Positions 9,740-19,947 of a stretch of DNA of 34,022 nucleotides are shown one piece after another; position 1 is the first letter of the stretch, and each line of letters begins with the position of its first letter. The position numbers were made by a program, and so were the translations under genes. A model generated the notes under the pieces. That model worked only from the letters and a program-made list of their open reading frames with translations, ran no database searches and was not told the origin of the DNA. The stretch covers positions 1-34,022 of the forward strand of contig CANRML010000001.1 in assembly GCA_947631725.1 (NCBI GenBank), given 5' to 3'. Source of the stretch: an uncultured Clostridia bacterium. Lineage in GTDB: Bacteria; Bacillota; Clostridia; TANB77; CAG-508.

Positions 9740-9947
9740 CAATATATTAAATTATGCGTTTGTACAATACAAAGCAATTAGAAGTTACTGTAAGAGAATA
9801 AGGGTCATCGGCTGTAAGCCCTTTAAGGTCAACCTAATTTGTGAAACATATTGGAGCATATATCGAGAGTGGAAAATGTTATACATTTTCAAGCTGGGTG
9901 GTACCGCGGAAAATATTTCGTCCCTGCATTATGCATGGGCGTTTTTT
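9740..9947 (+). promoter_or_regulatory. T-box riboswitch leader with an intrinsic terminator
   Basis: Canonical T-box sequence AAGCTGGGTGGTACCGCG at 9891-9908. AGAGA (AG-bulge-like) at 9793-9797. Terminator stem 9919-9928 / 9932-9941 followed by TTTTTT at 9942-9947, directly upstream of aspS. Confidence 0.85.
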
Positions 9948-9974
9948 GATGTCCAAAGGAAAGGAAGGATTTAT

Positions 9975-11720
9975 ATGAGTTCATATAGAACACATAATTG
10001 TAATGAAATCAGATTAGAAGACATTGGAAAGAAGGTAAAAATAGCAGGTTGGGTACAAACTATTCGTGATTTAGGCGGTCTTGTTTTTTTAGATATACGT
10101 GATATGTATGGAATTACTCAAGTTGTAACATCAGCTGATTCGCAAGATGTTGATTTTGCGTCACACATCCCTATTGAATCAACAGTTAGTGTATATGGTG
10201 AAGTAAAAAAACGTGATGAAGAAACAATAAATCCAAAATTAGAAACTGGATTAGTTGAAATTCGCATTGAAAAAATTGAAGTTTTAGGAAAAAGAACAAA
10301 AAATTTACCTTTTGAAATAAATGCAAATCAAGATGTACGTGAAGATTTACGTTTGCAATATCGTTATTTAGATCTTAGAAGTGATAAATTAAAAGAAAAT
10401 CTTTTATTACGTAGTAAGGTTATCCAATACTTAAGAACTCAAATGATAGAACAAGGATTTTTGGAAGTTCAGACTCCTATACTTACAAGTTCTTCTCCAG
10501 AAGGTGCAAGGGATTATTTAGTTCCAAGCAGATTACATCCTGGTAAGTTTTATGCATTGCCTCAAGCTCCTCAACAATTTAAACAATTATTAATGGTTTC
10601 AGGTATTGATAAATATTTTCAAATTGCTCCTTGTTTTCGTGATGAAGATGCAAGAGCAGACAGGGCTCCTGGAGAATTTTATCAATTAGATATGGAAATG
10701 TCATTTAGTACACAAGAAGATGTATTTAATGTAATTGAACCTGTTATGTATAATACATTTAAAACATTTTCTGATAAAAAAATTGCAAATTATCCTTTTC
10801 CACGAATAAGTTACAAAGATGCTATGCTTAAATATGGAACAGATAAGCCTGATTTGAGAAATCCTTTAATTATTATTGATTTATCAGAATTCTTTAAAAA
10901 ATGTACTTTTAAACCTTTCATAAATAGGACTGTTAGAGCTATAAAGGTCAGTGGACAATTTTCAAAAGGATTTCATGAAAAAATGCTTGATTTTGCAATG
11001 TCTATAGGTATGGCAGGTCTTGGATATTTAGAGGTACAGGATGATTTAAGTTATAAAGGACCTATTGATAAATTTATTCCTGAAAGTCTTAAAAAAGAGC
11101 TTTTATCATTAGGTAATTTAGAAAAAGGAGATACAATTTTCTTTATTGCTGATAATGAAAAACGTGCAACAGAACTTGCTGGACAAATTAGAATAGAATT
11201 AGGCAAACGTTTAAATTTAGTTGATGAAAATTTATTTTCTTTTGCTTGGATTACTGATTTTCCAATGTTTGAGATGGATGAAGAAAATAAATTAGGATTT
11301 AGTCATAATCCATTTTCTATGCCACAAGGAGGCTTAGATGCTTTAAATAATGAAAATCCTTTAGATATTTTAGCATATCAATATGATATTGTATGTAATG
11401 GCATTGAATTATCTTCTGGTGCTGTTCGTAATCATGATATAGATATTATGATAAAAGCTTTTACAATGGCTGGCTATACAGAGGAAGAAGTAAAAACAAA
11501 ATTTGGTGCTTTATATACAGCTTTTCAATATGGTGTACCTCCACATGCTGGAATTGCACCTGGTATTGATAGAATGCTTATGTTGTTAACTTCTTCAGAT
11601 ACTATTCGTGAAGTTATTGCTTTTCCTTTAAATAGTAAAGCTGAAGATTTAATGATGGGAGCTCCAAGTACTGTTAGACGTGATCAATTACGTGATGTGC
11701 ATATTACAATTAAAGAATAA
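9975..11720 (+). CDS. aspS: Aspartyl-tRNA synthetase (bacterial type, 581 aa)
   Basis: MSSYRTHNCNEIR start preceded by AAGGAAGGA. Class II motifs FRDEDARADRAPGEFYQLDMEM and GIAPGIDRMLMLL. The track ORF extends falsely upstream through the leader. Confidence 0.95.
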   Translation: MSSYRTHNCNEIRLEDIGKKVKIAGWVQTIRDLGGLVFLDIRDMYGITQVVTSADSQDVDFASHIPIESTVSVYGEVKKRDEETINPKLETGLVEIRIEKIEVLGKRTKNLPFEINANQDVREDLRLQYRYLDLRSDKLKENLLLRSKVIQYLRTQMIEQGFLEVQTPILTSSSPEGARDYLVPSRLHPGKFYALPQAPQQFKQLLMVSGIDKYFQIAPCFRDEDARADRAPGEFYQLDMEMSFSTQEDVFNVIEPVMYNTFKTFSDKKIANYPFPRISYKDAMLKYGTDKPDLRNPLIIIDLSEFFKKCTFKPFINRTVRAIKVSGQFSKGFHEKMLDFAMSIGMAGLGYLEVQDDLSYKGPIDKFIPESLKKELLSLGNLEKGDTIFFIADNEKRATELAGQIRIELGKRLNLVDENLFSFAWITDFPMFEMDEENKLGFSHNPFSMPQGGLDALNNENPLDILAYQYDIVCNGIELSSGAVRNHDIDIMIKAFTMAGYTEEEVKTKFGALYTAFQYGVPPHAGIAPGIDRMLMLLTSSDTIREVIAFPLNSKAEDLMMGAPSTVRRDQLRDVHITIKE

Positions 11721-11726
11721 AGTAAA

Positions 11727-11754
11727 AACCCAATTAGGAAAATCTAATTGGGTT
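11727..11754. terminator. Hairpin terminator between the convergent genes aspS and hup
   Basis: AACCCAATTAG (11727-11737) / CTAATTGGGTT (11744-11754) with a 6-nt loop. The T-run lies on the minus-strand side (TTTTTAC), so it is strongest for hup. Confidence 0.6.
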
Positions 11755-11782
11755 CATATATTTATATGTTATTTTTTAATTT

Positions 11783-12061
11783 TTATTTTTTGTTTACTAA
11801 ATCTTTTAATGCTTTACCAGCTTTGAATACTGGAGCTTTTGATGCAGGAATTTTGATTTCTTCTTTAGTTTGTGGGTTTCTTCCTTTTCTAGCAGCTCTT
11901 TTTCTTACTTCGAAAGATCCAAATCCAACTAATTGAACTTTATCTCCTTTTTTTAATGCGTCTGTTACAACACCTACGAATGCATTAACTGATGCTTCAG
12001 CTGCTTTCTTTGTGTCTCCTGTTTTTGCAGCCATTGCTGCGATTAATTCAGCTTTGTTCAT
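11783..12061 (-). CDS. hup: HU-family DNA-binding protein
   Basis: 92 aa: [11 protein letters not shown]...[41 protein letters not shown], a typical HU sequence. Confidence 0.95.
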   Translation of the reverse strand: MNKAELIAAMAAKTGDTKKAAEASVNAFVGVVTDALKKGDKVQLVGFGSFEVRKRAARKGRNPQTKEEIKIPASKAPVFKAGKALKDLVNKK

Positions 12062-12184
12062 TTAAATTACCTCCTATAAGATTTAATATTATGTACTCTT
12101 ATCGCCTGAACTTAGCGGTATTTGTACTTCTACTTAAAATTATTCGCCAAATTTCTTGAAAATCCTTCTTTTTTTTTCAAAAAA

Positions 12185-13798
12185 TTAATAAATTTTACAT
12201 TTTTTCAATATTTTGAAGATTTTTTCTCCTTTAGGTATTTGCATAATTTCTTCTTTGCTGAAAATTTTTAAAGCTATTATAGCTAAACCATATATTATTA
12301 CTGCTACTATTATTGCTATAATTGTAGCTAATTTTTGTGCCATCATTCCTAATAAAACTGTATATATGAAATAAGAACAAATTCCCATGATTGTTACTGC
12401 TATAACTGGCTTTATAAATATTTTAGTAAATGGCAAATCTAATTTTACATTTCTTCTTAATGATGTACTTGCTATTGTAAATGCTACTGCATGACATACT
12501 ACAGAAGCCCATGCTGCACCAGATGCTCCAAAAATTGGGTTTGGAACTAGTATAAGATTTAAAATTAATTTTGCAAGTACCCCACACCCGAGTGAAACTG
12601 CCGGTATCATAAGTTTTCCATAGCCTTGTAGTACTCCATTTATAGTTTGGTCTAATATTGTAAAGAAAATTGTTAAACTGCTAATTTGTAATATAAGTTC
12701 TCCACTACTTGCATTTGGAAATAGTAAATTTAAAATTGGTCCTGCAAATATACACATCCCCACAGTACATGGTAAGCCTATAAGCATAGAAATCAATAAT
12801 GAAAATGATGTCTTTTTAGTAATTGTTTCAGTATCTTTTTTTGCCTTTGCTGCAGATATAGCTGGTACTAATGCTGTAGCAAAAGCTACATTAATAGATA
12901 ATGGCAAACTTGTTAGCATATCTACTTTTCCACCTAGTATACCATATTGTGCAACAGCTTCACTATCTGTTAAGAATTGTTTTAAACTTCTAACTACTGT
13001 AAAAGAATCTATATTTTTATTTAATGATGACATTATTGCAGTTAGCGAGATTGGTAATGATACTAACAATACTTTTTTTATAATTGTTTTTACTCTTTCA
13101 TATTGGTAATTTTTTGTTGAATTTATCTCTTTTGCAATATCTTTTCTAATAGTTTGATAATACAAATACAGATATCCAAAACCTGCAAATGTTGCAAGTG
13201 TTGTTGCAAGTGTCGCTCCTGCTGCCATCCATTTAGTTGATGTATGTGATAGAATTGCAACAATTTCTACTATAACAATTGTTAATGTTGTTTTAAAAAC
13301 CTGTTCTAATGTTTGAGATCTGGCAGTTGCTTTTATATTTTGTATTCCATTACAATATCCTCTCATTACAGAACTAATTGCGACAAAGAAAATTGCTGGT
13401 GATAATGCAACAAGTGTCATTTCCGCTTCTGGAATTTGTAACCATTTATATGCAATAACATGTGCTCCTAAGAACAACATTAAGCTTCCAATAAGTCCTA
13501 TTACTGCAAAAGTTGCAAAAGCTATTTTAAATATACGATGTGCTCCTTTATGGTCTCCTACTGCAACTCTTTCTGATACAAGTTTTGATATTGCACTTGG
13601 AACACCTATAGAAGATATTGTAAGTAACATTGCATATATTTGATAACTACTTGCTACAATTCCATTTCCTTCGTCTCCAAATCCCTGTCTATTTGTTAGG
13701 TATAAAGTATATACCATCCCCAATAATTTAATGAGAATTTGTGAAAACATAAGGGTTACTACGCCTTGTAAGAAGCCTTGTTTGTGTTTTGATGACAT
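12185..13798 (-). CDS. MOP-superfamily flippase, SpoVB/MurJ-like polysaccharide biosynthesis protein
   Basis: 537-aa polytopic membrane protein. The N-terminus GFLQGVVTLMFSQILIKLLGMVYTLYLTN...GVPSAISKLVSE is typical of SpoVB-like proteins. Confidence 0.75.
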   Translation of the reverse strand: MSSKHKQGFLQGVVTLMFSQILIKLLGMVYTLYLTNRQGFGDEGNGIVASSYQIYAMLLTISSIGVPSAISKLVSERVAVGDHKGAHRIFKIAFATFAVIGLIGSLMLFLGAHVIAYKWLQIPEAEMTLVALSPAIFFVAISSVMRGYCNGIQNIKATARSQTLEQVFKTTLTIVIVEIVAILSHTSTKWMAAGATLATTLATFAGFGYLYLYYQTIRKDIAKEINSTKNYQYERVKTIIKKVLLVSLPISLTAIMSSLNKNIDSFTVVRSLKQFLTDSEAVAQYGILGGKVDMLTSLPLSINVAFATALVPAISAAKAKKDTETITKKTSFSLLISMLIGLPCTVGMCIFAGPILNLLFPNASSGELILQISSLTIFFTILDQTINGVLQGYGKLMIPAVSLGCGVLAKLILNLILVPNPIFGASGAAWASVVCHAVAFTIASTSLRRNVKLDLPFTKIFIKPVIAVTIMGICSYFIYTVLLGMMAQKLATIIAIIVAVIIYGLAIIALKIFSKEEIMQIPKGEKIFKILKKCKIY

Positions 13799-13913
13799 TT
13801 TATCCTCCTTAAAAAGTTAATTTAATACTTCATTTTATGCAATTCTTTTTTTATTATAATTTTATTTCATATTTTTGGCAATAGTTTTTTGTATTTTTAA
13901 CAAAAACAACAAG

Positions 13914-13940
13914 AAAAGAACTCACATCTTGAATTCTTTT
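13914..13940 (-). terminator. Possible smc terminator hairpin
   Basis: Imperfect stem AAAAGAACTCA / TTGAATTCTTTT, followed on the minus strand by a T-rich tract. The stem is AT-rich and has one mismatch. Confidence 0.35.
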
Positions 13941-13963
13941 CCTTCAAAATTTATTAACTTTAT

Positions 13964-16900
13964 TTACTGTTTTAATTTCATTGAAAGTAATTTTGAGATT
14001 CCGTTTTCCTCCATTGTAACACCATATACACTGTCTGCTGCTTCCATAGTTCCCTTTCTATGAGTTATAACTAAAAATTGTGTATCTTTTGCAAATTTCT
14101 TTAAATATTCTGCATATCTATATACATTTATGTCATCAAGTGCTGCTTCAATTTCGTCTAGTACACAGAACGGTGCTGGATTGATTTTTAAAATCGCAAA
14201 TAGTAATGCAATAGCTGTTAAGGCCTTTTCTCCTCCTGATAGTAACATCATATTTTGCAATTTCTTTCCTGGTGGCTGTGCAGTTATTTCTATACCACAC
14301 TCTAAAAGATTTTCTTCATCTTCTAATTTAACTTCTGCTTTTCCTCCACCAAATAACTCAGCAAAAACATCTCCAAAATTTTTATTGATTTCTTTGAATT
14401 TTTCTTTAAATTGTTCTCTCATAGTTTGTGTTATTTCTGTAATAACTTTTCTTAATTTTGACATTGTGCCTTCTAGGTCTAAACGTTGCTCACTCATAAA
14501 ATCATAACGTTCTTTTAATTTTTTATATTCTTCTATTGAATCTAAATTAACACTTCCAATATCTCTCATTTGTGTTCTTAGTTCATTTACTCTTTTCTTT
14601 GTATTTGCGACATTGCTTGGTTTTTCATATCCTTCTATATTATTTGGTGTTAATTCATATTCTTCCCATAATTTATTTATAATTTCTGTAATTTCTTCTT
14701 GAGCCTTATTTTTCTTAACTTCTAATTTTACAAGTTGGCTTTTTAAGTCTTCTATTATGCTAAACTTTTCAGTAATTTGTTCTTCTTGAATTTCTAGTTT
14801 TTCATTTTTGTCTTTTCTGTCTTGTTTTAATTCTTCTACCTTACCACTACTGTTTTTTACATCTTCTTTTATTTTTTCAATCTTATCTTTAATTTCTTGT
14901 ATTGATTGTTCTAAATTAATATTTTCCTGTTTGCTATTTTCTATTTGCTCTTTTTTGTTTTCAATAGTTTTTTGGTTTACTTCTTTTTCTTGATTTATTC
15001 TTTCTTTTATTTCTTCGATAGAACTTTCACTTTCGTCAAAAGAAGATACTGATATTTTTAAATTTGTAATATCAAAATTCAAATCATCTATGTATTTTTG
15101 GTCATCTTTGTTTAATTCTGCAAATTCATTTATTTTTTGTGTTAATTTTTCTGTTTCCTCAGTTAAGTTTTCAATTTCTTTTTGAATTTGTTCTTTTTGT
15201 GCTATTTCTTGTTTTTTATTTTCTTCTAATTGAGCTTGTTCATTTTTTAACTTTTGCATACGTTCTTCTAGCTTGTTTATTGTTTCTTCAAAGTTTTCGA
15301 TTTTTTGTTTTTGAGTTGCATAAGAAATTTCATTTTCTTGCAATTCTTTTTCTAAACTTGCTACTTTTTCAAAAGTAGTTTTCATTGATTTTTCGATTTC
15401 TAATTTTTTATCTTGTAGCTCGTTTATTTTATCTTGCAATTTTTTTATTTCTTTTCCAAGTCTTTCAATTTCTTTACTTCTACCTAAAATATTAACAGTT
15501 TTTTTAGCAACAGCACCACCTGTGATAGCTCCTGATGGGTTTATTACATCTCCACCAATAGTAACAATTCTAAATGAATATGAGTTTTGTTTTGCTACTT
15601 TAATTGCTGTGTCCATATTATCTACAATAACTGTTCTTCCTAGTAGATTTAATACTATTTGCTCATGTTTTTTGCTGTATTTTACTAAATCTGATGCAAT
15701 ACCAACAATACCTTTTTCATTACCTTTAATTTTTTCAATTTTCTTCCCTTTTACAGAGGTAATTGGTAAAAATGATGCTCTTCCTATATTGTTTTTTCTT
15801 AAATATTCTACCAATTTTTTTGCATCTGCTTCTGTATCTGTTACAATGTTTTGCAAAGATAATCCTAAACACATTTCAATAGCTGTTTCTAGATTTTCTG
15901 GAACCTCAATTAAATTTGCTAAAACACCTTCTACACCTTTTTTTAAATCTGAATTAGTTTCACAATCTTTTAATAATGTTTTTACACTTTTTGTATATCC
16001 CTCTTTTTCTTTTTCTGTCTCTATTAAAAAGCGTTGTCTTGATTCTTTAATTCTCATTTCATTTTCTAAAGAATTTATTCTTGTTTCATATTCTTTTATT
16101 TTTTCTGTTGCATCTTCTTTTTGTTTGTTAATTTTGTCTAATTCATCTTTTGTTTTATTTCTTTTTGCTTCTATTTCATAAAATTCTTTAGCAAATTCTT
16201 CTTTTTGCATACGAGTATTATCTAATTCTGATATATTACTTTGTAAATCTTGTGCTATTTGTTTTTGCCTTTTTTCGTCATTTTCATAATTTATTTCTTT
16301 TTCTTGTATTTGTGATTGTTTTTCATATTTTTGGTCTGTATTTTCTTCTACTTTCTTTTTATAGTTTTCGATTTCTAATTCTTTGCTAGAAAGTTTTTGA
16401 GTTAATTTATCTAACTCTGCTTGTTTTTGAGTTAATTCATTTACAAATTTTTCTTTATTTTGAAGTAAATTTTCACGTTTTTCTTCTTTTTGTTTTTCTT
16501 CTTCTTCTAGTTCTTTTAGTCTAAGTGTTTTTTCTTCAATTTCTTGCATAAATCTTTTTTGATTTTCTTCATTATTTGTAATTCTTGTTTGTGCGACACT
16601 AATATCTGCATTTAACATTTCAATTTCTTTTTGGCTCTCAAAACCAATATTTGACATGTTTTCTATCTTATTTGTAATTTCATCAATAGCATTTTTTAGT
16701 TCCTCTTTAGCATGTTTTGCTCTTTCTAGTTTAGTTTCTTCTTCATCACATTGTCCTTTTGTAACTGTTTCATTTTCAGTTACTTTTTCTAATTCTTGTT
16801 TGTTTTGTTCAATATTATGCAAAAACAAACCTACTTCTATGCTTTTTAATTCATCTCGTAAGTTAAGATACTTTTTAGCCTTTTCTGCTTGGTTACTTAG

Positions 16901-17512
16901 TGGCTCTAGGTTTCCTTCTATTTCTGATATAATATCATTTATTCTTAATAGATTTAACTTTGTATGCTCTAATTTTTTTTCTGATTCTTCCTTCCTATTT
17001 CTGTATTTAACAATTCCTGCTGCCTCTTCAAATATGTGTCTTCTATCTTCAGATTTATTACTTAAAATCTCATCGATTTTTCCTTGACCTATAATAGAAT
17101 ATCCATCTTTTCCTATTCCTGTATCCATAAATAATTCTAAAACATCTTTTAATCTACAAGGTACTTTATTTATATAGTAGCCTGTTTCTCCGCTTCTATA
17201 TAACTTCCTTGTAACTGTAACTTCAGTATATTCAATTGGTAAAGCCCCATCTGTATTATCAAATACAAGTGAACTTTCTGCAAATCCTAAAGATTTTCTA
17301 TTTTGAGTACCTGCAAATATTATATCTAATGATTTTGATCCTCTTAATGATTTAATACTTTGCTCTCCTAATACCCACCTAATTGCATCTGATATGTTAC
17401 TCTTTCCAGAACCATTTGGCCCTATAACTGTTGTTATTCCTTCTTTTAGTTCGATGATTGTTTTGTCTGCAAAGGATTTAAATCCTTGCATTTCTATTCT
17501 TTTTAAATACAT
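13964..17512 (-). CDS. smc: Chromosome segregation protein SMC
   Basis: 1182 aa with Walker A GPNGSGKSN, long E/K-rich coiled coils, a hinge, signature LSGGEKALTAIALLFA and Walker B FCVLDEIEAALD. Confidence 0.97.
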   Translation of the reverse strand: MYLKRIEMQGFKSFADKTIIELKEGITTVIGPNGSGKSNISDAIRWVLGEQSIKSLRGSKSLDIIFAGTQNRKSLGFAESSLVFDNTDGALPIEYTEVTVTRKLYRSGETGYYINKVPCRLKDVLELFMDTGIGKDGYSIIGQGKIDEILSNKSEDRRHIFEEAAGIVKYRNRKEESEKKLEHTKLNLLRINDIISEIEGNLEPLSNQAEKAKKYLNLRDELKSIEVGLFLHNIEQNKQELEKVTENETVTKGQCDEEETKLERAKHAKEELKNAIDEITNKIENMSNIGFESQKEIEMLNADISVAQTRITNNEENQKRFMQEIEEKTLRLKELEEEEKQKEEKRENLLQNKEKFVNELTQKQAELDKLTQKLSSKELEIENYKKKVEENTDQKYEKQSQIQEKEINYENDEKRQKQIAQDLQSNISELDNTRMQKEEFAKEFYEIEAKRNKTKDELDKINKQKEDATEKIKEYETRINSLENEMRIKESRQRFLIETEKEKEGYTKSVKTLLKDCETNSDLKKGVEGVLANLIEVPENLETAIEMCLGLSLQNIVTDTEADAKKLVEYLRKNNIGRASFLPITSVKGKKIEKIKGNEKGIVGIASDLVKYSKKHEQIVLNLLGRTVIVDNMDTAIKVAKQNSYSFRIVTIGGDVINPSGAITGGAVAKKTVNILGRSKEIERLGKEIKKLQDKINELQDKKLEIEKSMKTTFEKVASLEKELQENEISYATQKQKIENFEETINKLEERMQKLKNEQAQLEENKKQEIAQKEQIQKEIENLTEETEKLTQKINEFAELNKDDQKYIDDLNFDITNLKISVSSFDESESSIEEIKERINQEKEVNQKTIENKKEQIENSKQENINLEQSIQEIKDKIEKIKEDVKNSSGKVEELKQDRKDKNEKLEIQEEQITEKFSIIEDLKSQLVKLEVKKNKAQEEITEIINKLWEEYELTPNNIEGYEKPSNVANTKKRVNELRTQMRDIGSVNLDSIEEYKKLKERYDFMSEQRLDLEGTMSKLRKVITEITQTMREQFKEKFKEINKNFGDVFAELFGGGKAEVKLEDEENLLECGIEITAQPPGKKLQNMMLLSGGEKALTAIALLFAILKINPAPFCVLDEIEAALDDINVYRYAEYLKKFAKDTQFLVITHRKGTMEAADSVYGVTMEENGISKLLSMKLKQ

Positions 17513-17567
17513 ATTTTTTCACCGTACTTAGTGTATATCATTTTTGATTTTTTGTAAAGAGATATTT

Positions 17568-17894
17568 TTATAGATATTTTTCTACTAATTCTGCTAATTG
17601 ATATATAAATCTTTGCTTTTGAGGTGTGCATTTTTTTAATAGGTTTTTAAAGTCCTGATTTAAGTATTCTCCTTCACTTTCCTTAATTCCAGTAATAAAA
17701 TATCCTACTGGTGTGTCTAATATTTCTGCAATTTGTACTATTCTTTTTAAATTTATTTGCGATGTGCCTGTTTCTAACCTACTATAAAAACTTACCGAGG
17801 TATCTATCATATCTGACATTTCTTCTTGTGTGAGGTGTTTGTTTATTCTTTCTTCTTTTATCCTTTTACCAATAAGTTTGTAATCTATTGCCAT
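17568..17894 (-). CDS. XRE-family helix-turn-helix transcriptional regulator
   Basis: 108 aa. IGKRIKEERINKHLTQEEMSDMIDTSVSFYSRLETGTSQINLKRIVQIAEIL is a Cro/C1-type HTH. Confidence 0.85.
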   Translation of the reverse strand: MAIDYKLIGKRIKEERINKHLTQEEMSDMIDTSVSFYSRLETGTSQINLKRIVQIAEILDTPVGYFITGIKESEGEYLNQDFKNLLKKCTPQKQRFIYQLAELVEKYL

Positions 17895-17918
17895 ATTTAT
17901 CCCTCCTACTCAGTAGTA

Positions 17919-17948
17919 AATATATCACTATAAGTTTTAGTTTGTCAA
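17919..17948 (-). promoter_or_regulatory. Candidate promoter for the XRE gene: TTGACA-18-TATATT
   Basis: Reverse complement of 17943-17948 is TTGACA. Reverse complement of 17919-17924 is TATATT. The spacer is 18 nt. Confidence 0.35.
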
Positions 17949-17980
17949 TGATGTTTTTTTATTTATACTTAAATATTTAT

Positions 17981-18697
17981 TTATATAATCATTTCTTCAA
18001 TATTCTGTATTTGTACATATATATCAGCATATTTTGTTTTCTCTTTTAACAATTCTATAATATTTTTTTTCATTTTTTTACTAATTTGCATTTTTAATAA
18101 ACTTACACTGCTAATTAGAGATTTGTTTTTTATTAAATTTATTGGCTCATAGTTTTGTAAGTTTATAAAATTATATGTTAAATTCATGCCATGCTCTTTA
18201 AAACTAGTATATCTGATATAGTTATTTGGAGCTTTATTCCATTTTTCAGTTCCTGTATAAATGATAATTGGTACTATAATTGCTGCTTGTTTATACTTTA
18301 CATGTGTGGTTTTCCAGTTTTGTATAAATTCAGTACATTCCACTAAAATACTATATGTTATACTATAATTTGGCTCTTTTTGGTGTTTTATTAAAAAATA
18401 TATTTCTCTTTTTTTATACTGATATATAATGGATTTGTTTTGAATATGAAGTCTTTTCAATGTATTAGAATTGATTTCCCAATCTTTAGTTTTAAAAAAA
18501 TCATTTATAAAATTTGCGACTTCTGCTTCTTTCTCAATTAACTTATCAATAATTTTATCTATTTTATTATTTTGTTCATATTGCTCTTGTTTAAAGTTTT
18601 TATTTATTTGATTTCTTTTGTTTTCTATTTTTATTGCTTTTAATATTTTTTTGTTTCCTACGCAATCTAAATAATCGTTGTAAGTAAATTTTAGCAA
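17981..18697 (-). CDS. Rpn/YhgA-like (PD-(D/E)XK putative transposase/nuclease family) protein, apparently degenerate; TTG start
   Basis: Family-like layout: DKIIDKLIEKEAEVANFINDFF, then EIYFLIKHQKEPNYS where LIEHQS is expected, then IIVPIIIYTGTEKWN. AAGGAGAG lies upstream of the TTG start. Confidence 0.45.
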   Translation of the reverse strand: MLKFTYNDYLDCVGNKKILKAIKIENKRNQINKNFKQEQYEQNNKIDKIIDKLIEKEAEVANFINDFFKTKDWEINSNTLKRLHIQNKSIIYQYKKREIYFLIKHQKEPNYSITYSILVECTEFIQNWKTTHVKYKQAAIIVPIIIYTGTEKWNKAPNNYIRYTSFKEHGMNLTYNFINLQNYEPINLIKNKSLISSVSLLKMQISKKMKKNIIELLKEKTKYADIYVQIQNIEEMII

Positions 18698-18822
18698 CTA
18701 ATCTCTCCTTTTTATTTAATTTAAGTTTTTAGATACTTATAAACTTTTGGGGTTTTTTAGATATAAATTTTTTAAGATTTAAAATATTCTTTTCAATTTC
18801 TCGTCTATATTAACATAAAAAA

Positions 18823-18855
18823 AGGAGGTTTGCAACATATTCGACAAAACCTCCT
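18823..18855 (-). terminator. Intrinsic terminator of the ABC transporter operon
   Basis: AGGAGGTTT (18823-18831) / AAACCTCCT (18847-18855), followed on the minus strand by TTTTTTT. Confidence 0.7.
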
Positions 18856-18869
18856 AAAATTTGACACAA

Positions 18870-19883
18870 TTATTTTACATTTTCACTAAATTTGTTATTT
18901 ACTATTTTATCATATGGTGCTTTTGTTTCAAGTTCACCTGCTAGTGTCATAACTTCTTGTAATTTATTAAAGCTTTCTTCTTTTAATACAGGTGTTTCGT
19001 TCCAAGCATCTATATCTTTATAACTTTGTACAGCAGTTGCAATTAGTTTTTCTTCTGTGTCAGGGAAGAAACTACTAATTACTTTAGCAATTTCATCTGC
19101 TGAGTGTTCTTTTACCCATTGTTCTCCTTTATATATTGCATTTGTAAATTTTTGAATTGTATCTTCATTTTTTTCTATATAGCTTTTCTTTGCAAAATAT
19201 GCTGTATATGGTATTTCTCCTGCTGCTTTTCCAACAGATGCTACAATATATCCTTTACCTTCATTTTGTGTTAAAGATGCTGTAGGTTCGAATAAAGTAA
19301 CATACTCTGCATCTCCACTAGTAAATGCACCTGCCATTAAATCAAATTTTATGCTATCATCTAAATTAGCATCTGTTTGAGGATTTATTCCATTTTGTTT
19401 TAGTACATATTCTAATGTCATATATGGAACTCCACCTTTTCTTCCTGGTATAACTGTTTTTCCTTTTAGGTCTTGCCAACTAAAATTATCTGTATTAGTT
19501 TTTGCAACTAAAAAAGAACCATCTTTTTTAGTCATTTGTGCAAATACTTGTGTATAGTCTTCTTTTCCTTCGTTATATACATATATTGATGCTTCTGGGC
19601 CAGCAAAGCCAATATCACATTGGTCGCTAAGTACAGCTGTCATAACAGTATCTGCTCCTCCACCTGTTGTAAGTTCAATATCTATTCCGTTTTCTTCAAA
19701 GTATCCATTATTAATGGCAACATATTGTGGAGCATAGAATATTGAACGCGTTACTTCATTTACAGCAATTTTCTTTCGTTCTACTGTGTTTGTGTTATCT
19801 TTTTTATTTAGAATTCCCATTGTAATTCCAGCTATAACGACAATTACAACCACAGCAATAGTAACAATTAACTTTTTCTTCAT
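18870..19883 (-). CDS. ABC transporter substrate-binding protein, NMT1/THI5-like (nitrate/sulfonate/taurine family)
   Basis: 337 aa with an N-terminal anchor helix, then APQYVAINNGYFEENGIDIELTTGGGADTVMTAV, typical of SsuA/NMT1-type binding proteins. Confidence 0.8.
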   Translation of the reverse strand: MKKKLIVTIAVVVIVVIAGITMGILNKKDNTNTVERKKIAVNEVTRSIFYAPQYVAINNGYFEENGIDIELTTGGGADTVMTAVLSDQCDIGFAGPEASIYVYNEGKEDYTQVFAQMTKKDGSFLVAKTNTDNFSWQDLKGKTVIPGRKGGVPYMTLEYVLKQNGINPQTDANLDDSIKFDLMAGAFTSGDAEYVTLFEPTASLTQNEGKGYIVASVGKAAGEIPYTAYFAKKSYIEKNEDTIQKFTNAIYKGEQWVKEHSADEIAKVISSFFPDTEEKLIATAVQSYKDIDAWNETPVLKEESFNKLQEVMTLAGELETKAPYDKIVNNKFSENVK

Positions 19884-19947
19884 TATATTCCTCCTTATAA
19901 TTTATTTAATATATTTTATGTTTATATAATGAATATGTGAGTTCTCT

